A DNA stretch of 64,000 bases. Origin: Octopus sinensis. Its lineage: Eukaryota. The DNA lies in NCBI RefSeq assembly GCF_006345805.1, contig NC_043011.1:10354001-10418000 (forward strand). The letters are read 5' to 3'. Below are positions 54,783 through 64,000 of the stretch, in pieces. How positions within the stretch are numbered: the first letter of the stretch is position 1; each line of letters starts with the position of its first letter. The notes under the pieces are model-generated. The model did not search any database, had not been told where the DNA came from, and saw only the letters and a program-made list of their open reading frames with translations. Both the position numbers and the translations under genes were made by a program.

Positions 54783-55458
54783 CTGTGTGTGTGCATCTAT
54801 ACATACACGTACACACACAAAGAATGCAATGGACAAAGTTGTTCCTGATATACAAATGATAAGATGGTCAAGGTTGGAACGTCTTTCAGTGCTGGTCTGC
54901 TTGGTCACATCTAACCTGGGCCTATACAATAACGACACACACACACACACACACACACATCACACATTTTTCCTCGACAAAAGCCTTTATATTTCTATGT
55001 TTAACTTTAGATAACTTTCAACAGATTTCTTCCTCGTTTCTTCTGTTGAACATTGAAAAAGTGTAAATTTAAATTTCATGGAATTTTTATGAATCAGAAA
55101 TATTGATCCCCACCCCCAGTAGCACTGAAAATTGTCTGGCATTGAAATGTTCTCCATTCTTCCATCAATGTGTTAAATCTATAGTGTTAAAACTTACTAA
55201 TTAGAACAGTCTGCGAAGTAAAAAGATACTTTGTGATTATTTTCAATTAAGTATTAAAGAAACATATCTTTAATTAATTGCGAAGAGATTTGAAATGAGG
55301 CCACAGCTTTCGTCGTCTTATTTTCAATAGAGATTCCGATTTCAGCACGTCTCAGACATTCGATGAAAAAGATCGGAGATGTCTTGCGATGAACTCTTTT
55401 GTAATCTTCAGGCTGGTGCATGTGTGTGTGAATGTGTGGACATCTGTAAGTGCATGCA

Positions 55459-55503
<45 letters not shown>

Positions 55504-55638
55504 CTGAGCGTCTCGCACAAAATTCACCACGCATAAGCATACATGAACATGCAAGATAAAGCTTATGTTATTTTTATACCTCACTCTCTCTTTCTCTCTC
55601 ACACACACGCACAAAATATATACAAGTATGTATGAGAG

Positions 55639-55659
<21 letters not shown>

Positions 55660-55669
<10 letters not shown>

Positions 55670-56098
55670 AAAGTTAACGAAAAAGACAACAAAAGACGAA
55701 GACAGGTGGTGTACAAAACAAACAGATGTATTAGTACAACGCTCAGGAATTGAAAAAAGTATTTTACGTTTCGAGCCTATGCTCTTCTACAGAAAGGAAC
55801 ACAGAAAAACCAAGGAGAGAAACAAGGAGAGAAGAAAAAAATGTGTGTAGTGGCTACCGTTGATCCCGTCATTTCTTATTACACACGAACTTCTGTACTG
55901 GACTTTCTATCTACCCTTTACGGATTCTCGTTTGGACATTTACCCTCCGGCTGCACCTCTCCTACCTACGGATCACTGTGGACTCTACTCTTGATGAAAA
56001 ATCATATATATATATATATATATAGCGCCATACTAATACAATTATTTGTTTGTACTCCACCTGCCTTCGTCTTTTGTTTATTTTCATAAACCTTCCCG

Positions 56099-56105
<7 letters not shown>
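55660..56105. mobile_element. Penelope-like terminal relic with a partial inverted repeat
   Basis: 55665-55740 is inverted at 56031-56105; degenerate hammerhead-like motif on the minus strand at about 55758-55797. Confidence 0.4.
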
Positions 56106-56156
<51 letters not shown>

Positions 56157-56399
56157 GAGAAAATGGAGAGATTTAATAGATATAAATTAAAGTATTTATT
56201 AATTAACATTGCTTACAGTTGTTTCAATTTACATCCAATACAAATCACAAACATATAGAATAAAATAAGTTCGCATTCTGAAGATTTTGAGCAAAATCTC
56301 ATCAAGGCGAAGGGACATTCAGGAAGTTACATGTTGATCGGTTGGGATGCTCCAACAGACTAACGAGACGAAAGTGTGTTTAGTTATTGTGTGTGTGTG

Positions 56400-56439
<40 letters not shown>

Positions 56440-56579
56440 ATGATTTTGTTTAAATGGGATAATAAAACAAAATATATAAAAAATATTAAAACATAAAAAT
56501 AAGTAAAAGCAAATAAATGAATATTAATAAAAATAAAAATAAAGCCGTTATAAATATGGACGTTTATTGTTTATGTTAA

Positions 56580-56623
<44 letters not shown>

Positions 56624-58374
56624 AGCGCATGGATGTTTATTATCGAAGTTGATTTATGTGTATATGTGTATATGTATGCATGTTAGTAAAAAGTTAATAA
56701 AATCAGTTTATTCAGAGATGTGTTTGTTTATTATTGTTTGAAAATAAGTCAATCTTTATAGTCATTTATTACAATTAATAGTCATATTTATGTATGTGTG
56801 TGTACATATATGTATAAATGAAAGGCACTGTGGATAATGTTAATATTAGACATCAATATATATATTATATGTAACGGTAAGATAAAATATATAAGTATAT
56901 TTAAATTTGCGTGTGTATAATAATTTGAAAATAAAAGTTAACCATTATAGTCTTGTACTAAATAAATAAATATATTTATATTCGTGTGCGTATATTTATT
57001 TGAGAATAGAAACTAATCTTTGTAGTCATTCATTTTTATTTCTATATTTATGTGTGAGTGAGTGCATGTATTTATATACACGCGTACGTTGAACGCATTT
57101 AAGTTTAGGACATTTAAAGATTAAGTGTTATCGATAGATTTACACTAATTTAATTTAAAGTATCATGTACTATATTAGCCGATTAATTAATAAAGATTAA
57201 TACTCAATATTATTATTAATTGAACTTTTTAGTATTATATTATTTATTATATATGTATTATTTATATTATTAATATTTTTTATTTGGTTTTTAAATCAAG
57301 TTACACTTACTATATTATGTTTATATCTTTAATATTCAATTTTATTTTTACTGATTATATTTTCTAAAAGCATATTTAGAGGAATGATTACAAGATGAAA
57401 TTGCCTTTTTTCTGGAATTAAGGAGTTTGTGTTTAGATGTTAGGATTTGAAATATTTCTTCGAGACACTGTTCACACACATGGAAGGTTCCGAGTTAGGT
57501 GAAGAATAAATAATAACTCTGATGAGTTATGATTAACTACAGCTGTTTCAGGCGTGTTTTTTTTTATGAACAAAAGTGCTACATCATGTAAAATCCGTTT
57601 ACATTAGGTGCATGCAAGTAAGAATTGATAAAAATAGCAGCCAAAGTACCCCTCTACCTGAATCACACGCCCATTGTACGTAACGTCCTAGATTATCCCT
57701 AAAAAGACGGCTTGCTGAAGGTTGGAATGTCTTTGAAGATGGGTTCGCTGTATCGTCGTTGATTTGTATCTAAATAACAACAAAATTATGGCAAATATCT
57801 ATATTAACACCTGCACGATTTTCACTACTAAAACAAAAAAAACTTGGATTTTTTGCATGGAATCAAGTACCCTGAACTCCTAATATGCTGCAGATCCCTT
57901 ATAATCCCGGGATCATTGGAATTTTTTATTTTTTCGTTGAATGAATTCCTGTGACCTCCTCATAAAAAAACAAAACCCTCTTTGGGTCCGAAAAATGGGG
58001 TAGAGTTAGGAGGAGGCCTCGGAAATTTCGCTCCCACCCACATTGATCTTTTCACCCTCACGAGGACCATAATTTTGTTATTATTTAGACTCCAATCAAC
58101 CCTGATACAGCAAACCTATCATCAAAGACATTCCAACCTTCTCCAAACCGTCTTTTTAGGGTTAATCAAGGACATTATGTACAATGGGCGTGTGATTTAG
58201 GTAGGGGGTACTTTGGCTGCTATTTTTAGCGTGTCGAGTGACCAGAGAGAGGCTGTTTCATTGGTTCGATTGCGTGATGACTTTTTTTTACACATATATG
58301 TATGTATATATATTATCGGCATATATGTATATATATCATTGGCACTTATCAAACACGAATTTGGCCATTGTCAA

Positions 58375-58452
<78 letters not shown>

Positions 58453-58600
58453 TTTATACATACGTATATGTACATACTTACATCTATACGTATAAATATA
58501 TGCATATGTGGGCACAGGACGTCACGAAATGTGTACTACAAAAAAATACGAAGTACGAGTACATGAAATATGAACTATTTTCTCGAATAACGAAAGACAC

Positions 58601-58746
58601 ATATATGCGACGGGCTTCTTTCAGTTTCCATCTACCAAATCTTCTCAGGGTTTTGGTCGGCCCGATACTATAGTAGAAGACACTCACCCAAATTGCCATG
58701 CTGTGGGACTGAACCCGTAACAATGTGATTAGGAAGCAAGCTTCTT
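58601..58746 (-). mobile_element. SINE family B body (3' part of the SINE split by the ORF1-only element)
   Basis: Continues seamlessly from the head at 60743-60780 once the insert and one TSD copy are removed. Confidence 0.85.
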
Positions 58747-60742
58747 TATTTCATTAAATTTGCCACAAGGGCAGCACACAGAGAGAAGCTTGAGGGCTAG
58801 ACAGAGACATTAATGGGATGAATGATGATGATATAAGGATGATAAGGATGGGAGAAGACGAAAAGCGCCCGCCGACTTTCGCTTCTCTAAAAAATTGTTC
58901 TTTTTTTCTTTCTTTTTAAAAACACAATGACGCAATAAACCTCTCACACAGTTCAAAATTAAAAATAAAACACAAACACGAGGCAATAATCCTCTCACTT
59001 TTTACATTTTTAGTCTCTTTTTGAGGTAATACACCTCTTCAATTTTTCCGCCCGGCCAGGCTCCTCGCTTCATCGAAGCACCTGGTCCGTTCCGAACTTA
59101 AAGGTTTCAACATAAATCTGAAGGAGTCCTTCGGGAAGGAGTTCGTTATCTTCCATTGATCGTTCTCCCATAAGACCTCCGCAGCCACCTGCGAAGGCCA
59201 CTCAGGGTCCTCTGTGTAGGACAGAAGCCCCTCCCACCGGCACTTCCTTTCAATCTTTTTGATTTCATTTTGCAAGGTTCCTCCCTTGTGGAAGAGGACC
59301 AAAAATTCCTCCTCCAGCCAAAGGAGAATCGGGACACACCGGCAGCGTGTCACAACCTGCCGGCAATGTCCCGTTTTTCTTTTTTCTTTTCTTTTTCCCT
59401 TGGGCTGCGGGAGGGTGGTGTTCCCTTGCTGTGTCCAGTAGGTCCTCCTTTTCTCCCGCAGCTCTCGGATTCTTCGGTGGGCAACCATTGTTGCCCACCT
59501 TTCGCTTTCGTTTTTTCGAGGAGGTTTGCACCTCCTCGACATCCTCCTCCTTCTCTCCCTCCATTGAGGGAGCAGGGAGTGGTTCTTCTGTTAACTGCTC
59601 CAGGATCCTATTTTGGTCCTTGGGGCAGTTTTTCTCGATGTGGCCGGTCTTCAGGCACAGGTGACACTTGGGGGGGGGGCGTCCCTCGAGCATCACCGGA
59701 TACCTAGATCCGGCCATCCTCAAAAAATCTGGGAAAACCAGACTTTCGGCTGATTGGGTCCATAGGGTCAACACAGTATTTGACCCCTCCCAATCAGCCG
59801 CAGGTAAAATTTTTACGTTGAGCAGCTTGGTACTGCTACCACCCAGACCCCGCCGAATAGAGTCCTCTATCCACTCGGGTTCAACTCCAAGCTTTCAATA
59901 ATTTCTTTCCACAGTAGCTTGGAAGAAACATTATTTCCTTCCCCTCGAGGGGCCGGCTTGCAAAATCGCAAGCTTCTTTGGGGGAGTCAAATAGCAACCA
60001 GACCGTTGCAAATTTGACTCTCCGTGAAATAAATTTAATAGCTGGCATGTATTCTGCCAGCTCTTTCAAAATTGTGGCTTTCGGGAAGATGGTTATGGTA
60101 TCGAGCGACTTTGAATAAGTCTTCAACACCACCGTCTTCCTTTCGAGCTCTTTTAGCCATGATTTGGGAGGTGTTAATTCCCACACTAATATTTCCTTTG
60201 CCATTTTTTTTTTTAAATAAAAAGTTCAAATACAGTTCGTCAATACGTTTTCAAATAAAGAAAGATACACAAAAAAAGAAAGAAGACACAACAGAAGGGA
60301 AGAAAAAATAAAATTAACAGTTCAAATAAAGTTCTTTTTTTTTTAATAAATGATAGCTGTGAAAAGAGAGTTCAAATCCAGGCAAAGAAATAAATTTCCG
60401 GCCGAAAGGTACTCCTGGCCAATCCTTTAAATCCACGTGGGCACAAACATTTTCAAATACAATTTCTCACAATTATGTGAGACAACACACACGTCTCCAC
60501 CGCAAGGCAGACAAAAAGCCCCGAATCCAGTAAGGACTCCTTGCCTGTTCAAAAAAGTTAAAACCATCAGACAACCAATCCTACCGGACTCACAAAGCAA
60601 AAAGTCTTACCTTACAGTAGAGCGTCTTTCAGTTCAACTTTCGCCAGCTGCATACCAGCGTGACGACTTTTAACAGGTGCTGTTTTTGTTCTTTTTTCTT
60701 TTTAGGACGGAGCTCAGACCGAGGCTTCCTCTCAGTTCAAAC
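58747..60742 (-). mobile_element. complete ORF1-only (half-LINE/HAL1-like) Tx1-related retroelement, about 2.0 kb
   Basis: 15-bp TSD GGAAGCAAGCTTCTT at 58732-58746 and 60743-60757; about 540 bp of 5'UTR, ORF1, about 290 bp of 3'UTR with a Tx1-type tail, and no ORF2 trace. Confidence 0.85.
59039..60204 (-). pseudogene. ORF1 protein (zinc-knuckle), two frameshifts
   Basis: FATVWLLFDSPKEA...PSY, EWI...DWEGSNTV...FPDFL...VMLEGRPPPKCHLCLKTGHIEKNC aligns with copy 1 ORF1 FNTVVVRFPNQEVA...PYY, KWI...NWGGKTV...LPDKI...VMAEGKKPRCYKCGSPEHLIAKC. Confidence 0.85.
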
Positions 60743-60780
60743 GGAAGCAAGCTTCTTACCACACACCCATGCTTGCGCCT
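60743..60780 (-). mobile_element. SINE family B head (5' part of the split SINE)
   Basis: Reverse complement AGGCGCAAGCATGGGTGTGTGGTAAGAAGCTTGCTTCC. Confidence 0.8.
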
Positions 60781-61345
60781 ATTGTTCATGAAATAAACAA
60801 GCGATGACTAACAATAGCACAACTGCGACGACTGTGTGATTCCAAATCCATGGGATTCCTATCAAATACAGCACAATGGTAGAATCGCACATTTCTTCTT
60901 TATTTCAACATTCCCCGGTTATTTCTTATAGAAATCTCTCACATATATTTTACTCTCCTTAAATATCTTTCTTTGATATCGTTTTGCTTTGATTGAATCG
61001 TAGATTGTTCTTTGCAAAGGTGATGACTGATCTAAGTTGAGAGAGGAGATGTGATGATTATACAGACTCCTTTACAGAACATGAAGGATCAGAAATATCC
61101 ACCATTTTGTTATTCGTCAACTCCTAGAAGAAACTGGAAGAAGACGAGAGCAGGAATGTTGTCAGAACCAGTTTTTCCACAGTTCTGGCCTTTTACTTCG
61201 CATTTCTATCAAGCGTCCCGAAACATCGCAACCAAAATCAGAGCCCTTCTTTAGTTACCAGCTGGAATAAAACCTCATTGAACGATGTATTTTTGCGGTG
61301 AATATAGTTTTCGTTGAACTCTGGACGGGTTGTTCTCTAATGATT

Positions 61346-61399
<54 letters not shown>

Positions 61400-61559
61400 T
61401 CCCCGTCTTTGTCTTTCTCCCCCCTCTCTCTGGACAGGTTGCTCTCCGTATCGCAATAATTCTAGCAATTAAAGTTTGCTCATCTTTAGCCCTTTTCATG
61501 GAGCTCAAAGTGATAATACGCTGCTGTTTTTGACCGAATGCCAAGAAGTAGAAGAACAA

Positions 61560-61990
61560 ATATTCAGGTCTCCCGTGAAAACCTCCTGACAGACTCTGCA
61601 TCCAGATGCCAGTCGTGTGAGAGAGCTGGTGAATTTGCTCGGTGGTGGTCCTGACGGATGAATCTTCGAAGATTTTCCACATTGCCTGAATGCTTATCCT
61701 CTTCAACCTCGATCGGCCTTGAAATGCTTGTGTCACTCACAAATCTGTATTCGATCCAAAACAACGTTCGCCAAAAGCCTCATGAGGTTCTCGGTAGCAG
61801 ATTTGCCAAACTTCATATAAAATTTAATGCCGGGACTTCGCTTGAATTTGTAAACCATTGTAAAAATTAATGAACCACTGGAACACGATGACACAAAATC
61901 TCGCTTACTAACTGAAGACGAATAACTAATATGAAACGTATTTGTAAAATGACTAAGTAGGTTTGTTACCAACAGTCATCAACCGCGCAC
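61560..61990 (-). mobile_element. decayed mariner transposase 5' fragment
   Basis: IKFYMKFGKSATE...CE*HKHFKADR.VEEDKHSG...NVENLRRFIRQD resembles the mariner N-terminal HTH pattern (IKFCxKLGKSATE...FEWHKRFKxGRExVEDDxxSG). Confidence 0.7.
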
Positions 61991-62110
61991 ACATTTCCAT
62001 TGGACAGAAGAACCAAAAGATTCAAAGTTAGGCCACTTCTTTAGAATATCTCGTTAAAAGCCTAGAAATGTATGGACTCTTAGTCTCATTTGTGTTCTGC
62101 CTTTATCTAG

Positions 62111-62176
62111 ACATGAAGTCTTAAATGATAAAACACTTCGGTTGGCAAATATGATGGACCAAAATATTAGTATTCG
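62111..62176 (+). CDS. candidate 66-nt internal coding exon of an unidentified host gene
   Basis: Pyrimidine-rich acceptor CTCATTTGTGTTCTGCCTTTATCTAG|, donor CG|GTAAGT, length a multiple of 3, only one open frame (HEVLNDKTLRLANMMDQNISI). Confidence 0.4.
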
Positions 62177-62640
62177 GTAAGTGATAAACAAATACTTGGT
62201 TCAATTTTAGGTCGTAGCTAGTTCACAGCACTTACATTGAAAATGCTCGTGAGAAAATCATTAATGACAGCGATTTTTATATAATCTCAAAACCTGAAAA
62301 GATTTTGGAGTGAGTCTGCGAGGAAGTTTTAGTTTTCGATTGAAATCAGCTTACAACACGCATTACCAGAAACAAATTGGAATAATGAAAAACGGCTTTG
62401 GTTAGATGAAATGTGGAAAAGTAAACCAGCCTCTGGAGTAGCAAAGCTTTTTATGCCATACAACTAAACACTTTCAGTTTTAAAGATCTTAGCGATTCAA
62501 TGAAAATACAAGCTGTGTTTAGAGATGCGTTAGCTGTTATATGAATGCCTTCCAGGCTTCTAAAAATCAAGAATATGAAACATCCTCTTATACATTCAAT
62601 ACACACACACACACACACACACACACGCGCGCGCACACAC

Positions 62641-62716
<76 letters not shown>

Positions 62717-62965
62717 GAAGCAACCGGCGAGTTATCTATTGATTTTACATTATCATTATTTTTTTTTCTGTGGAAAAAGTCATAATAAAATTTCCGTCAC
62801 CAAATATTCTCCTTCACTACTCTGATGTAAGAGTATGAAGATAACACACTCGGATTATTATTGAATTAGCCGTCGCTTCGCTTTTTTGAAATGTTGCTTT
62901 ATACTCGTCCTAGGTTTTGGTAAAAAGCAACGCTAAAATCTAATGAAATAATAAAAAGTAAAACA

Positions 62966-63034
<69 letters not shown>

Positions 63035-63686
63035 AACACACATATATATATATACATATACATACATATATACACACATACATATATATACACATACACA
63101 CACACATATATATATATATATACATACATATACACATACATATATATATACACACACACATATATATATAATTCTTGTGTGACCGTCGTTGGGTGACCGG
63201 AAGTGAAACGTTACTAATTACAACACCGAACAATGCTTCCATTGTCGATATTTTCGTATTTCTCGAATAATTTCCCTTTAGAGTTAGATTTAACAAACAC
63301 TGTTTGAACTCTTGGTGTTTGCAGCCAGCTTTTGTCGAATAATTCAGATTAGTAACTTGAATATATGGCAAACCACCCCAAATACCCGTCTCTGTCTGTC
63401 TCTTTCTCTCTCGTTCCCTCTCTCTGTAGAATTGTTCTCAGCGTTGTCTTTTAACTATTGTTGCTGTTGTCATTATTGTCGTTTATTTATTGCCTCTGTT
63501 GAAAGACATTCATACAACATCAGCTTTATTAAAACATCACCAAAACCAAACTGTCTCAAGATATGAAGCTGTTATTGTTTCCTTTTGACCGTCTCTCTCA
63601 GACATATTCATACAATCGATAAGAACCATTCACAGACAACTGTCTTATTAACGACCAGTCGAATCCGATAGCGACAATGTGGTTGT

Positions 63687-63757
<71 letters not shown>

Positions 63758-63873
63758 CAACAACAACAATAATAATAATGAGAAGGAGGAGGAGGAGGAG
63801 GAGAAGAAGAAGAAGAAGAAGAAGAAGAAGAAGAAGAAGGAGAAGAAGAAGAAGAAGAAGAAGAAGAAGAAGA
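63687..63873. repeat. compound (ATA)n(ACA)n(AGG)n(AGA)n microsatellite
   Basis: Direct reading. Confidence 0.9.
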
Positions 63874-64000
63874 CGTACTCCTTGTGCTAATTAACCAATG
63901 GATTTATAGACACAGTAGCGCGTCGAACTAAATAACTCACTCAGTGTTCATTATTATTATTGTTGTTGTTGATGTTGCTTAACAGCGTGTCAAACCTGAC

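Noticed and set aside
57438-57497. Possible exon (DLKYFFETLFTHMEGSEL or MLGFEIFLRDTVHTHGRFRV); similar case at 56284-56340
   Set aside because: Ambiguous frame and weak donors; needs transcript data.

Overview
AT-rich, microsatellite-saturated animal genomic DNA (intron or intergenic). The SINE families and the (TATC)n/(CA)n/(TA)n load look like an octopod cephalopod; this is inferred from recalled repeat sequences, not from a search. No intact host gene is visible, only one or two candidate small exons. The window is dominated by retroelements: one full-length Tx1/L1-clade LINE plus two 5'-truncated relatives, an RTE LINE, CR1 fragments, an R4/Dong-type fragment, many tRNA-derived SINEs, a non-autonomous Helitron, two foldback/MITE elements, a mariner relic and Penelope-like relics. 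The most notable signals are: (1) a Tx1-centred system in which two LINEs sit in tandem inside (TATC)n arrays, while a TSD-flanked ORF1-only element and a SINE carry the same 3' terminal motif; (2) splice-like signals that could excise ORF2 from the Tx1 RNA; (3) hammerhead-ribozyme-shaped motifs, one with a full type I fold and a U3-A8 covariant core. Boundaries were read by eye and can be off by several bases. Frameshifts could be real decay or assembly indels.
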